NCBI GenBank assembly: GCA_017519885.1
Contig: JAFWRO010000018.1
Coordinates: 3,325 to 67,324 of the forward strand
Direction: 5' to 3'
Length of the DNA: 64,000 nucleotides
Source of the DNA: Bacteroidales bacterium
GTDB lineage: Bacteria; Bacteroidota; Bacteroidia; Bacteroidales; UBA3663
Shown here: positions 44,257 through 54,722 of the stretch, one piece after another
Layout of the letters: the number at the start of each line of letters is the position of its first letter
How positions within the stretch are numbered: position 1 is the first letter of the stretch
The notes under the pieces: generated by a model
Database searches by the model: none
Told to the model about the DNA's origin: nothing
The model's input: only the letters and a program-made list of their open reading frames with translations
Position numbers and translations under genes: made by a program

Positions 44257-45840
44257 TTAATTGTCTGACAAGAAAGAGTTGACCCATCCGAGTATTTCAG
44301 GCCGATACTCGAAGTGCATCGTGTCGTAGTGATACCAATGGCCACCCCAGATGAAGCCATGTCGTTCGAAGATTTCGACTATCGCTCGAGGAATCCTATT
44401 TTCGTACTTTAGCGTGTCGAGTTCGCCTGCTCCTTGGTTGGTCCAAAGCCAGTAATTTGAGTATTCTGTATTGATATCGATGGCTATGCCATAACTATGG
44501 GCACTCTGCCGCTTCGCACCGCGCACCTGACGCCAATAGAATGTGCCTGCAGATGGCAGATAAGGAGCAAGTTCAGGATGCTGGGCAAGTTCGGCTGCCA
44601 CTCTCTTGAGTTGTTCCGCCGCTCCATTGATCTTTGTAAACTTCACTTGTCCACCAAACCAATCCACTGTCACGAGGTTGTGCTTCACCTCCTCCGCCGA
44701 TGAGCCATACATCTTCTTGAAGAATGCGTCACATCGGCTTCGTCCTGCATCCGACTGATAGACTGGTGTATCCTGTCTGCAATAGGACAACCGGAACATA
44801 TCCTCCACATCTGAATAGTCGAGCAGTTGTTCGAAAGTTTTCTCATATTCGTCATCGAATGGTATCGTTGTACCATCTGGAAAGATTATCTCATTGTTCC
44901 TGTACTTCAATCGTTGCTGGGGATAAGCCTCCATCAGGGTCGCCACTTCCTTGGGAACAATGGAATCAGAGTGGACCTCTTCATAAATATTTGAATGAAG
45001 TGCTGTACTGCTTGGATCCTTGGGTGAAAAAATGGAGTTGCTGAAATGCCTCAGTTCATTGGCTTGGTATGTGGCAATGCCCAGATCCAGGGTTGAAGCA
45101 TTTTCATCCAATTCGAACCAAGGGGAAAGGACAGAATCATTTCTGTTCTTCAAAATATGGATACTGCAAGCCGGGGTACTGCCCTGCAACAGAAGAAATA
45201 TCTTGCGACCTGTCACAGGATTCCTTGCCACATCTGCCACCATAATGGCATGACCATACTTCTTGTCCTCCCTGTCTTTGGCGCAATACACAAACACATC
45301 GCCCGGTTGCATTTCGTTCAACGGACGCTGAGGCATCTCACGAATCAACGATTCGGTGTTGGCATACTTAAAGACACGCTTCAAATAGGGCACGAACTTG
45401 CTTCTCCTGCCTCCCCAATAGTACCGCATTGTGTTATATTGAGTATCCTCGAAATGGATCTTCCAGAATTGACGTGTCTGAAAAAGATATTCAGCCCATA
45501 AACGGATGCAGACATCAGCACACTGTTCGTAACGATGCAGCAAGGGCAGATTAATTACACGATAACCATAAGGAAGCAGCGAATCGGCCAACTGCCCATT
45601 TATCCTTCGCACCTGCACACTATCGGCAGCCAATGGGAGGTTGCGCAAATATGCAGCGAAGCCTGCATCAACGCCCACTCGTTCGTAACCAGCTGGCAAT
45701 TCTATTGTCCCGACTCTACCATTCGAACCATCGGTTGCCGGAAGTTTCTTGAACCACCAGGGGCCATAGAGATAGGCCAGCAATGACACGCAACCTACCA
45801 GCAATAAGACGAAGAATGCAATCAGAATTTTCTTTGTCAT
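44257..45840 (-). CDS. fusion protein: N-terminal DUF4846-like domain plus C-terminal M15 (VanY/D-Ala-D-Ala carboxypeptidase-like) metallopeptidase
   Basis: An N-terminal TM anchor is present. The C-terminus has SAHSYGIAIDIN ... GFIWGGHWYHYDTMHFEY, matching the H-x6-D ... H zinc motif of the M15 family. Confidence 0.6.
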   Translation of the reverse strand: MTKKILIAFFVLLLVGCVSLLAYLYGPWWFKKLPATDGSNGRVGTIELPAGYERVGVDAGFAAYLRNLPLAADSVQVRRINGQLADSLLPYGYRVINLPLLHRYEQCADVCIRLWAEYLFQTRQFWKIHFEDTQYNTMRYYWGGRRSKFVPYLKRVFKYANTESLIREMPQRPLNEMQPGDVFVYCAKDREDKKYGHAIMVADVARNPVTGRKIFLLLQGSTPACSIHILKNRNDSVLSPWFELDENASTLDLGIATYQANELRHFSNSIFSPKDPSSTALHSNIYEEVHSDSIVPKEVATLMEAYPQQRLKYRNNEIIFPDGTTIPFDDEYEKTFEQLLDYSDVEDMFRLSYCRQDTPVYQSDAGRSRCDAFFKKMYGSSAEEVKHNLVTVDWFGGQVKFTKINGAAEQLKRVAAELAQHPELAPYLPSAGTFYWRQVRGAKRQSAHSYGIAIDINTEYSNYWLWTNQGAGELDTLKYENRIPRAIVEIFERHGFIWGGHWYHYDTMHFEYRPEILGWVNSFLSDN

Positions 45841-45871
45841 AACGACAAAATATGTTTATAACTTGCTAAAT

Positions 45872-47089
45872 TCATCTTCCGCAGAGGATACCACTAACCC
45901 GTGGCAAAAACTTGCGAAGAATAATATAGACAAACATACAAATAGCGACGACAACCACAACTCTCAACAAGTAGTTCATGATAACGACATATGGGAAACT
46001 ATTGGCCATTTCCATCGACCTCACATCATAAAATCCTGTCAGGGCACCGCCAACCCTGTTGAGCAGCTTAAACACATCTTTAAGGATAAAAAAGTGCAGT
46101 GCAAAAATCAGGAAGGTAGCATCCTGCCACCTGATTGACCCATTCTTTATCTTTGCCCAAAAAGGACTCGAATAACTTCGTCTCACCATCCAAGCCAGCA
46201 GGTTGATCATTGTCATTACCTCAAAAACGATAAAGAAAGGATAAATCATCCTTCCTGTTCGAGAATAAAGGTAGCCACTGCAAATCATTGCAATAAATAG
46301 GATAAGCGTGATAATGGCTATAGGCCAACGCCTGGCATAAAAGACATCTGACAATTCAAATCGATTCAAGGACAAAAACGCACCCCATCCGAAAAAGAAA
46401 AATGCTTCGGCGGTAAATCCCGGAATCATAAAAGAAGTCTGCGTAAGATAAAGGAAAGCCAAAATGGTCATAGTTACAATGGCATAAGGAGAAACCTTGC
46501 CATCACGGGAACGCAAAAGGAAATGAAATAATGGTGTGAACAAGTCCACGACGATAAGATCCCTGATGAAATAGAATGGCAAGAGAATCGGCACAGTAGT
46601 ATGGGCAGGATGTCCCCATATATCCACCTGGCCTATACCCAGCGACTTAGCATTCCAATAGAGTCCAACCCAGCCGCCATGGTCATCGACCCAAGCCTTC
46701 ACCACGTACCAAGGTTTTCCATGGACCAAACAATCCCATATATCCGGGCCTATAATATATAATATGTATAACGTATTCCACAATATATAAGGGATGAGGA
46801 GCGTCCAGAACCTGCGCTTCATCTTTCGCAGCCATCCACCGCTATTCCATTCTTCCAGATGTAAAAAGAACAAATACCCTGATATAAGAAAAAACAATGC
46901 GACAACAAACAGAATGATAATTCGTGTCGATATAATAAATTCCATTGCCACATTGCTTCCCAATCCTTGCTCTGCCAACTTGTCATATTGCCACCCCTTG
47001 ATGCTGAAGAAGCAATGAATCATAACGACACTTATCGCCAAGGGGAATCGCGCAAAGCTGATTAGCTCAGACGTTACATTTTTATTCAT
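45872..47089 (-). CDS. acyltransferase-3 family membrane protein (O-acyltransferase)
   Basis: About 10 TM helices. The N-terminal segment ARFPLAISVVMIHCF fits the acyltransferase-3 pattern. Confidence 0.7.
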   Translation of the reverse strand: MNKNVTSELISFARFPLAISVVMIHCFFSIKGWQYDKLAEQGLGSNVAMEFIISTRIIILFVVALFFLISGYLFFLHLEEWNSGGWLRKMKRRFWTLLIPYILWNTLYILYIIGPDIWDCLVHGKPWYVVKAWVDDHGGWVGLYWNAKSLGIGQVDIWGHPAHTTVPILLPFYFIRDLIVVDLFTPLFHFLLRSRDGKVSPYAIVTMTILAFLYLTQTSFMIPGFTAEAFFFFGWGAFLSLNRFELSDVFYARRWPIAIITLILFIAMICSGYLYSRTGRMIYPFFIVFEVMTMINLLAWMVRRSYSSPFWAKIKNGSIRWQDATFLIFALHFFILKDVFKLLNRVGGALTGFYDVRSMEMANSFPYVVIMNYLLRVVVVVAICMFVYIILRKFLPRVSGILCGR

Positions 47090-48221
47090 TCTCAGCTTTT
47101 ACGATGTTTTTCCGCACAAAGGGCTCCTGGAAAAAATACATAAGCAGGAAGTCGAGCATAATGTTAAGCGGAAATAGCTGCATCAACCCTGAGATAGCCA
47201 GACAGAGAGCCATAGCGAGTAACAGAGGATTGCGCAGCCGTCCTATGCGATAAAGATATAGTCCATAGAGCACAAGGATCAGGGAAGCCACAATTACACC
47301 ATTCTTGACAAAAAGGCTTAGGTAAAGATTGTTAAAATAGATAGGTTCAACGCCTTCTCGAAATGCCTTTTCCCATGTTACAATGCCACAATCCTGCCCC
47401 AACCAACTTAGACCATGTCGTTCAAAAAGCAAATAAGGGATACTGAAACGGCTCGCGAAAGTCGATTCGCCTGTCGAAGGTCCGAAATAGAAAGCAAGCC
47501 CTATGGAAAGAACAGTCAGAAGCAACGGGAAAAGGGCGAGCCAGAGAGATGGAACAGTATGATGCTTGAGCCAATAATATGCAAGCGGGAAGAACAACAA
47601 CACAATAACCGAAGTTGTACTCAAGGTCATCCAACCCACCACAACTGCCGATATCCAACAGACGATCGCAACCCAAAGGAATCGTCGAATGTGCAAAATA
47701 TGAATGACCAGCAGAATGAGCATCTGCATCAGGTAAGCATAACGATTCGGATTGTAGAACCCATAGGAATGTCCCACATGGTTGTATTTATGCTTGACTA
47801 TATCCGCAGACCAATCCAGAAGCAAAGTCGCTGGCCCCAGGAACAGCATGGTCAGGAAGATGACAAGATAAATCCGAAGAATCACCTTGATGTCAGCATC
47901 CCTCGATGCGGCAACAAACATCACTGTCTTGATCAGCATATTTCCATGGCTCAGAAGATACGAATAATAGACTAATGGAATAATTACAGCACAAAGAATG
48001 ACATATCTGGGATATTTCCAACTCAGAAGGGCGATTCTAAGACAACATAGAGTCTGCCCCAGTTGCAAAAAACGCTTTGAAATCAAGCGTATCTCGCCAG
48101 GGATTTCATCGAGCCAGAACCAGGATGTGGATGTCAGCATCAGAACCAATGCCACATAGAACACCCATGCTCCATATTTCCTGTCAACTGTCTCTATGAA
48201 GTTTTTTATATTATCTACCAT
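47082..48221 (-). CDS. O-antigen polymerase/ligase-like (Wzy-type) polytopic membrane protein
   Basis: About 10 TM helices with no soluble domain, located in a polysaccharide locus. It overlaps both neighbouring genes (8 and 11 bp). Confidence 0.5.
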   Translation of the reverse strand: MVDNIKNFIETVDRKYGAWVFYVALVLMLTSTSWFWLDEIPGEIRLISKRFLQLGQTLCCLRIALLSWKYPRYVILCAVIIPLVYYSYLLSHGNMLIKTVMFVAASRDADIKVILRIYLVIFLTMLFLGPATLLLDWSADIVKHKYNHVGHSYGFYNPNRYAYLMQMLILLVIHILHIRRFLWVAIVCWISAVVVGWMTLSTTSVIVLLFFPLAYYWLKHHTVPSLWLALFPLLLTVLSIGLAFYFGPSTGESTFASRFSIPYLLFERHGLSWLGQDCGIVTWEKAFREGVEPIYFNNLYLSLFVKNGVIVASLILVLYGLYLYRIGRLRNPLLLAMALCLAISGLMQLFPLNIMLDFLLMYFFQEPFVRKNIVKAENE

Positions 48222-48582
48222 TTCGAGTCAAACGCCTCTTGAAATACTGTTGAGCTTCAAAACTACGATAAGACCTACGGGGAAAAAAGGTCAGCACACA
48301 ATAAAGCAGGATAGTCATGCATTGCGAAAACGATGAACGCCAAGCCATCTTCCACAATGTCTTGCGCATTCTTGGCATGATTGCCTTAGGCACTGCCATG
48401 ATGGTGACAAATCTGTTGATATTCGTCCAAAGGTCGCGTATCTGTCCGTCTTTGTCATCGTCACTCAAACTGCCCAATTTCTGCTTGCAATCGTCAAGCA
48501 ATTGTGTCCAGCGTTCCTCGAAAGAGATGAAGACATCAGGTTCAGCAGCTTTCGGCTTTTCGTCTATAGAATTATCGGACAT
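48211..48582 (-). CDS. hypothetical small protein (acidic N-terminus, one C-terminal TM helix)
   Basis: The open frame has an ATG and overlaps the Wzy start by 11 bp. I recognise no family. Confidence 0.35.
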   Translation of the reverse strand: MSDNSIDEKPKAAEPDVFISFEERWTQLLDDCKQKLGSLSDDDKDGQIRDLWTNINRFVTIMAVPKAIMPRMRKTLWKMAWRSSFSQCMTILLYCVLTFFPRRSYRSFEAQQYFKRRLTRNGR

Positions 48583-48647
48583 TATAATTGTTATTTGTTA
48601 ATTGTTAATTAATAATTGTTATTTGTTAATTATTAATTGTTAATTGA
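48583..48647. repeat. AT-rich phased array of TTGTTAATTG-type units
   Basis: ATAATTGTTATTTGTTAATTGTTAATTAATAATTGTTATTTGTTAATTATTAATTGTTAATTG includes an internal ~32 bp near-duplication. Confidence 0.8.
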
Positions 48648-48650
48648 ACG

Positions 48651-50093
48651 TCATTTCTTCACATCCTTGTCAAAGAGTCCGTCATGTTTGGTTACTTGTG
48701 AGGGCGCTCCGTCAATGGTGCCTCCCAGATTGCAATTGCGCAAGATGATGTCATCGGTATTCATTGATGAGAATCCTACCTTCAACTCATCTACAGTAAC
48801 ATTTTCGAAACTTACATTATAGATAGGCCTGGCTGCAGTTCCTTGCAGCACGATGCCGGCATTGCGTGCCTTGTTGGCATGGACGTCCTTCACGTGAATG
48901 TCATGAATCGAAGTGAAGTGATTGTCATCAGCACCCTCTCCCGCATACATCGACGTGATGTAGAAGAGATCCTCCACCTCGTCGAACTGGCAGTTCTGGA
49001 AATAGATGTCGTGGACGAACCCGCCGCGGTTGGGATTCGATTTTACGTAAAGTGCACGTTTGTTGTAGCCTCCATAAGTGCAATCTTCCACAAAGACATT
49101 ACGCACGCCGGCACTCATCTCCGAACCGATGACCAGTCCATGCAGGCCCTTGAAGCGACAGTTGCGAATGATGATGTTCTCCGATGGTTGTGGCTCATAA
49201 AGCGGGTCGCTGGTAGCCGAACAGTTCTTCCAACCATCGTTGTCGCGACCTGCCTTTACGGCTACGTTGTCATCTCCGTTATTGAATTCTATCTCCTCAA
49301 TCAGCAGGTTACGTGTCATCTCGGGGTCAATGCCATCGTTGTTCACCAGTTTCGCATCGTAGCGCAAACCTCGACAAATCACATTCTCGCACTTGAGAAG
49401 ATGTACACACCAGAATGGAGAATTTGTGATGAAAACATCTTCGATGGTGACATTCCTGCATCCGAAGAGCTGCACGAGGTGAGGACGAAGTTTCTGATCT
49501 ACGCCATAATTGCGCTCCTCGACGGGCACCTCCTGATGATCCTGACCGCGCAAAGCCGACTGACCAGGTTTCTGGTCAGCACGCCATTTGGGAAAAGTTT
49601 CCGCACAATTGCCGTCAATCGTTCCCCTACCCATGATGACCACGTTTTCGAGCTTGAAGCCATAAATGAGCGGAGAGATATTCTGGCAGAACGACCCCTC
49701 CCACGATGTCTGCACAGCAGGAAGATAATCGGTTGGTTCGGGCGAAAACTTCAAGTGTGCCCCTTCCTGCAATTCAAGGGTCAGGTTGCTGACCAGATGA
49801 ATCGGGCCTTTCACGAACCATTCACCGGCAGGCACCACCAGATGCAGTCCATTCTTCGAACGCGCAGCCGCCTTCATTGCCTTATCGAAGGCAGGCTTGC
49901 AGTCCTTCTCGCCATTACCCTTGGCTCCAAAAGCTGTAATCGACTTTACGGGCTGTGCCTCATACGAAGGCGCTCCGGTTATCAACGCAAGAATTGAATC
50001 GTGCCGAGCCTGGATCTTAGCATCGTAAGCCGACAGATTGGCGCTGACGCACATCGTCAAAGCCAAAATCACTAAGGTTTTCAACTGTTTCAT
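48651..50093 (-). CDS. secreted GH28-like right-handed beta-helix glycosidase
   Basis: It has a signal peptide. The GH28 signature blocks are NNDGIDP, GDDNVAVK, GLHGLVIGSE and RALYVKS. Confidence 0.75.
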   Translation of the reverse strand: MKQLKTLVILALTMCVSANLSAYDAKIQARHDSILALITGAPSYEAQPVKSITAFGAKGNGEKDCKPAFDKAMKAAARSKNGLHLVVPAGEWFVKGPIHLVSNLTLELQEGAHLKFSPEPTDYLPAVQTSWEGSFCQNISPLIYGFKLENVVIMGRGTIDGNCAETFPKWRADQKPGQSALRGQDHQEVPVEERNYGVDQKLRPHLVQLFGCRNVTIEDVFITNSPFWCVHLLKCENVICRGLRYDAKLVNNDGIDPEMTRNLLIEEIEFNNGDDNVAVKAGRDNDGWKNCSATSDPLYEPQPSENIIIRNCRFKGLHGLVIGSEMSAGVRNVFVEDCTYGGYNKRALYVKSNPNRGGFVHDIYFQNCQFDEVEDLFYITSMYAGEGADDNHFTSIHDIHVKDVHANKARNAGIVLQGTAARPIYNVSFENVTVDELKVGFSSMNTDDIILRNCNLGGTIDGAPSQVTKHDGLFDKDVKK

Positions 50094-50105
50094 ATCCTAC
50101 TTAAA

Positions 50106-51125
50106 TTATAGTAAAACATCCTTCTGTGCTGTCACGTGCGGCATATATTTTCGCATAAAGGGAATAATCACCAGATACGATGCCATCGTAAAAAGCAGAT
50201 TGAGCGACAACTCAGTCATCAACGATAGCTCAAAACGGTTCAAGACTGCCGCAATGAAATGGAAAACCGTATCATGGGTAACCAATATGATGATGGAATA
50301 TCTTCCGTAATAAGTGAGAATTGGCAATCTTTTCAGTAGCTTCGAAAGCCATATCACTCCGAGAACGCCCAATGTCCCAAAAGGATAAGCGGTCAACCAG
50401 GAATGCCCATAAAATTGATTTTCGAGGAAAGACACGTTCGGACTAACGAGATACACGAGCGCAAATGCTCCAATAATCATCAATGGCAGATAACGGTCGA
50501 AACGATTTGGCTTCAACATGTCGGTATGCCTGAATATCACGTAACCCACCGCAAAGAAAGGCAGAGCGCTCAAAGCCGTATCAAGATTAGCAGGTATATC
50601 AATACCTTTAAGGCTCAAGATGATTCCGCACAACCCGAACAATAGCGAAATCATAACAAGCACAAGCGTCCTCTTTTCGAAAATCCCTGAAAAAAGATAG
50701 ATGATATAGAAAAAGATATTGATTTCGAACAGACAAAGCAGGAACCAGATCTGCCCCGAAGGATAATACTCGTCGAGAAGTGCCGAATACATCTCACTCA
50801 TGGGCAAATATCGTATATTAACGCCATAATGAGCCAGAATATTCGGTATTATGAACGAGCATACCAAAAAGAAAAAGGCGAATGGAATCAGCAGCTTGTT
50901 GATCTTGCGCTTAACGAATCCTCCAAAGCCCTCGTATGCCTTGAAGAAGCAGCCCGACAGGAAGAAATAGAGCGGCATTCGGAATGCCTTGAAGAAGTTG
51001 TCGAACGGGAGACTCGTATCATAGAACAACGTCAAATGAAAGCACACGACCAAGGTAATACAGATTCCCTTGGCCAAATCGATGTATTCTATTCTCGGTT
51101 TCTTGATTATTGAATTCTCCGACAC
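50106..51125 (-). CDS. acyltransferase-3 family membrane protein (paralog A)
   Basis: Polytopic protein with the N-terminal pattern RIEYIDLAKGICI. The apparent start is GTG at 51125. Confidence 0.7.
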   Translation of the reverse strand: MSENSIIKKPRIEYIDLAKGICITLVVCFHLTLFYDTSLPFDNFFKAFRMPLYFFLSGCFFKAYEGFGGFVKRKINKLLIPFAFFFLVCSFIIPNILAHYGVNIRYLPMSEMYSALLDEYYPSGQIWFLLCLFEINIFFYIIYLFSGIFEKRTLVLVMISLLFGLCGIILSLKGIDIPANLDTALSALPFFAVGYVIFRHTDMLKPNRFDRYLPLMIIGAFALVYLVSPNVSFLENQFYGHSWLTAYPFGTLGVLGVIWLSKLLKRLPILTYYGRYSIIILVTHDTVFHFIAAVLNRFELSLMTELSLNLLFTMASYLVIIPFMRKYMPHVTAQKDVLL

Positions 51126-51130
51126 AATCA

Positions 51131-51180
51131 GTTGTTAATTGGTAATTATAAATTATTATTTGTTTAATTATTTATTTGTA
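51131..51180. repeat. AT-rich phased array (GTTGTTAATTGGTAATTATAAATTATTATTTGTTTAATTATTTATTTG)
   Basis: It lies between the two acyltransferase paralogs and overlaps the stop of paralog B. Confidence 0.6.
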
Positions 51181-52207
51181 TCAAATCCTTCTGCGCCGTC
51201 ACGTGTGGCATAAATTTACGCATAAAGGGGATAATCAGCAGATATGAAAGCATCATCAAAATAAAGTTTAACAAATACGTATAACCCACGGAAAGATTAA
51301 GACCCGAATACTTCAATACTGCCGCGAAAATATTAAGAACCTCAATATGTGTAACAAGGATTATAATGGAATATCTTCCAAAATAAGATATCAAAGGAAG
51401 TTTCTTTAATAGTTTAGCCAACATTATTATTCCATATGTTCCCAATAAGCCACAGGGATATACTACAAGAGCTGAATGAATTGTAAATGTATTATGCAGG
51501 AAATGTATTTTTCTATGACAAAAAATAAACACAAATGCAAAAGCCAAGACTATTAAAATAGGCAAATACTTGTCGTATTTATTTGGTTTTAAAATGTCCG
51601 TCTTTCGAAAACACATATATCCTGCCACATAAAAGGGCATCGCTGAAAAAGCCGTATCTATTGTTGCTGGAAGTTCAATTCTGTAGATGCCCAATGTTAA
51701 TCCTATTATGCCAATAGACAAAGAACCCAAACAAATAATCCAATTTGTATAGTTTTTAAATCTTTGAGCAATTGAATATATGAAATAAAAAATAATACCA
51801 ATCTCAAACAAACAGACAAGGAACCAAATCGGCTGATTAGGATATGATTCATTCAAGATGGCTGTAAATATTTCATCTCTATGCAAATAACTGGTTTTTA
51901 ACTTAAGATGAAACACTTGTATATAGGGCACAATTATAGAAGTGAGGATATAAAAGAAAAGGAATGGGATTAGCAATTTATTGATTTTTCGCTTAGTAAA
52001 ACCTCCAAATCCTTCATATGCCTTAAAGAAACACCCCGAAAGGAAAAAATATAATGGCATCCTAAATGCCTTGAAAAAAACGGGATAAGGCAGTTCATAA
52101 GTATAATAATTTGAAAGATGTCGCAATACGACTAATATAATACAAAAACCTTTTGCGAGATCTATGTATTCGATTCTTGGCTTATTAACTATAGGACTCT
52201 TTTCCAT
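51164..52207 (-). CDS. acyltransferase-3 family membrane protein (paralog B, AT-rich codons)
   Basis: It shares long identical peptide blocks with paralog A (FFKAFRMPLYFFLSGCFFKAYEGFGGF, KRKINKLLIPF, GRYSIIILVTH). Its synonymous sites are strongly A/T-shifted. Confidence 0.7.
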   Translation of the reverse strand: MEKSPIVNKPRIEYIDLAKGFCIILVVLRHLSNYYTYELPYPVFFKAFRMPLYFFLSGCFFKAYEGFGGFTKRKINKLLIPFLFFYILTSIIVPYIQVFHLKLKTSYLHRDEIFTAILNESYPNQPIWFLVCLFEIGIIFYFIYSIAQRFKNYTNWIICLGSLSIGIIGLTLGIYRIELPATIDTAFSAMPFYVAGYMCFRKTDILKPNKYDKYLPILIVLAFAFVFIFCHRKIHFLHNTFTIHSALVVYPCGLLGTYGIIMLAKLLKKLPLISYFGRYSIIILVTHIEVLNIFAAVLKYSGLNLSVGYTYLLNFILMMLSYLLIIPFMRKFMPHVTAQKDLIQINN

Positions 52208-52226
52208 AATATATTTTTAGACTCAT

Positions 52227-54722
52227 TTATTCCTGCATTTGGCTTATTTTCCTCGACAACTCTGCCGCAGGATTAATCACCTCAATCTGCATCGACTTGG
52301 GAGCCGTGTATTCTATCTTCCACTGATTGTCCTCAATCCACCAATGCACCTTCAATGGGCCTTTTGGAGTCTGGTAGCTGACGTTGCAATCGGTCACACC
52401 ACCCACGGGATACGGAGCGATAAGCACGCGCTGCCAACCCACACTGCCTTCCTGCTGACGTATGCCGCCGATGTAGCCATAGAGCCACTCCATGATGTGG
52501 CCGAGCATCAGGTGATTGTTCGACACACGCTCCAGTCCCTGCCAACTCTCGGTAAGCGTCGTTGCGCCATTCTTGAGCTGGATGCCATAGCCAGGCACAT
52601 CGTCGCGACTGTTCATGGCATAAATCACATCGTTGCGTCCAGCTTGGGCCAGAACCTGCAGTAAGTAACGATAGCCCACGTCACCTGCTGTAATCACTGT
52701 CGGCCCATTCTCGCCCCATTCATAAAGGCTGTCCACCTTGTTGTCAATGGCATAAAGCCTACCTTCCACATCTCGTACGATGTTGTCCAGCACACCAGCG
52801 CGATACGCTTCGGGCACCAGCCCCATATAGAGGCTGATGGCATTGGCCGTCTGCGAATTGCGGTCGTAACTGCACGATTCGACGTTGAAGAACTTGGCAT
52901 TGTAAGCCGTGCGTATCGAGTCAGCCAAGGCTTCATACTGGGAAGCCACCGATGGAAGTTCAAGCACACGTGCCATCTTCGCCATCAGTGTCACATCATA
53001 ATAATAGGTAGCCGTGGCCGTAACGCCCTGCGTAGTGAGCTGCGCATAACCCGGTTGCTTGGGTCCAAGGTCGTACCAGTCGCCCAATCCATAGTCCAGG
53101 ATATATCCATTCTTGCGGGCACGACGCGAAAGGTATTCAATATACTTCTGCATGGCATCGAAATGCTCGCGGAAGAGTTCATCCGAACCCGTCCACTCAT
53201 AATGGTACCACGGGCAGATGATGAAGGCCGATCCCCATTCGGGTGTATCGTCGAAGTTCCATCCGAAGTTGGTGTAATAAGGTGCGATGGTAGGTATCAT
53301 TCCCTCAAGGTCATGTCCTTCCTTGATCCAAGGTGTCGATTCTGCGCCATAGCCCAAGGTCTGTCCTTTCACGAACTGCGAAGCCGCCATATCGTTCATC
53401 AGTTTGCGATAGAGTGGAGTGAGGTTGTAGCGATAATACATCGAAGGCATCATCAGGTGATCCTGCTCCAGCCAACCCAGTTTCTCACGATGTGGACAAT
53501 CGGTGGGCACGCTCTGCAGATTCGAACGGATGGCCCAGTCGATGAACTGATGCACCTGGTTCAGGTATTCGTTGTTGCACTTGAAGGTTCCTGCCTCCTT
53601 CGAGGCACAGGCACTTGTCGTATGCTTTGCCACAAGCGTCTCTATCACCGGCAAACCCGACGGATTGGCCTCTCCTGCCGGCACTGCGCCATGCACTTGT
53701 ACATATCTGAAGCCCGTATAACTGAACTTGGGTTCCACGGTCTCCATCTGCTGATTGCGCAGCGTGACGTGATATTCCCAATCGCCCACAGGTTTGTTGT
53801 AGGCATTTCCATCCTTGTCCTTCAGTTCTGCAGGGATGAAAGCCACCTCCTGGCCTTCTGCTCCCTTCATGGTTGCTTCCATGATGCCGCTCATGTTCTG
53901 GCCAAAGTCATAGACCCAATCACCCGATGGTGTTTGCCATTTAGCCACTGGATTGAATTTGCCCCAGACGACGAGTTCCGTTCCCTTCTGTTCACGCAAA
54001 GTCGGACCATTGACACCCACGACGATGGCAGGACGCCAATTCGGGTCGATTCTCAAGTCCACATCCTCGCCTCCATAGATGCTACTAAAGGTGATCTGGC
54101 TTTCGCCCACGCTCCATTCTCCATTCGTGACGATGTTGTCGTCGCGACCTTGCGTGTATTCCAGATGTAGGCGCAGACGCAACTTCGGCGCCCCATACGT
54201 GCCGACGAGCTTGTTGTATCTTCCACGTGGAACATTGTAGAATCCGCCGCCAAGTTCCACGCGAAGCTCGTGTTCGCCTCGCTTGATGCGATGGGCAAAT
54301 TCGGCCACTACGTTGTCGGCATCTTCCTTGAACCAGCGTGTCACATCGAATATCACGTAGAGTGCCTCCTTGTCATAAAGTGTCCATCCCGGGTCGAGGA
54401 AGTGGTCACCCACCTTCTGTCCATCCAGATAGACGTTAAAGTGTCCGAGGCCACAGACGTAGAGCGTGGCTCGATAGACGTTCCTTCGCGCCTTGAATTC
54501 GCGCATGAAGACGGGCATTGTGTATTCGCCCACCTTGCGATCCCCCAGGACTTTCTTGGCAAAAGGTGCATGAATCAGAGGTGCGACCACCGTGTCAGTT
54601 TCCTCCATACTGATCCAAGCGGCAGCATCGAGCATCCCGACATCAGCCTTTGCACTGAAGCAAAAGAGCATCGCAAGCAAAGTGATGAGGAGATGAAGTT
54701 GTGTGGTGATGATTTTTTTCAT
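52227..54722 (-). CDS. GH78 alpha-L-rhamnosidase, secreted
   Basis: Signal peptide, then an N-terminal rhamnosidase domain pattern (LYVCGLGHFNVYLDGQKVGDHFLDPGWT.Y) and a (alpha/alpha)6 region with DCPHREKLGWLE. ATG 54722 forms an ATGA overlap with the upstream stop. Confidence 0.8.
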   Translation of the reverse strand: MKKIITTQLHLLITLLAMLFCFSAKADVGMLDAAAWISMEETDTVVAPLIHAPFAKKVLGDRKVGEYTMPVFMREFKARRNVYRATLYVCGLGHFNVYLDGQKVGDHFLDPGWTLYDKEALYVIFDVTRWFKEDADNVVAEFAHRIKRGEHELRVELGGGFYNVPRGRYNKLVGTYGAPKLRLRLHLEYTQGRDDNIVTNGEWSVGESQITFSSIYGGEDVDLRIDPNWRPAIVVGVNGPTLREQKGTELVVWGKFNPVAKWQTPSGDWVYDFGQNMSGIMEATMKGAEGQEVAFIPAELKDKDGNAYNKPVGDWEYHVTLRNQQMETVEPKFSYTGFRYVQVHGAVPAGEANPSGLPVIETLVAKHTTSACASKEAGTFKCNNEYLNQVHQFIDWAIRSNLQSVPTDCPHREKLGWLEQDHLMMPSMYYRYNLTPLYRKLMNDMAASQFVKGQTLGYGAESTPWIKEGHDLEGMIPTIAPYYTNFGWNFDDTPEWGSAFIICPWYHYEWTGSDELFREHFDAMQKYIEYLSRRARKNGYILDYGLGDWYDLGPKQPGYAQLTTQGVTATATYYYDVTLMAKMARVLELPSVASQYEALADSIRTAYNAKFFNVESCSYDRNSQTANAISLYMGLVPEAYRAGVLDNIVRDVEGRLYAIDNKVDSLYEWGENGPTVITAGDVGYRYLLQVLAQAGRNDVIYAMNSRDDVPGYGIQLKNGATTLTESWQGLERVSNNHLMLGHIMEWLYGYIGGIRQQEGSVGWQRVLIAPYPVGGVTDCNVSYQTPKGPLKVHWWIEDNQWKIEYTAPKSMQIEVINPAAELSRKISQMQE

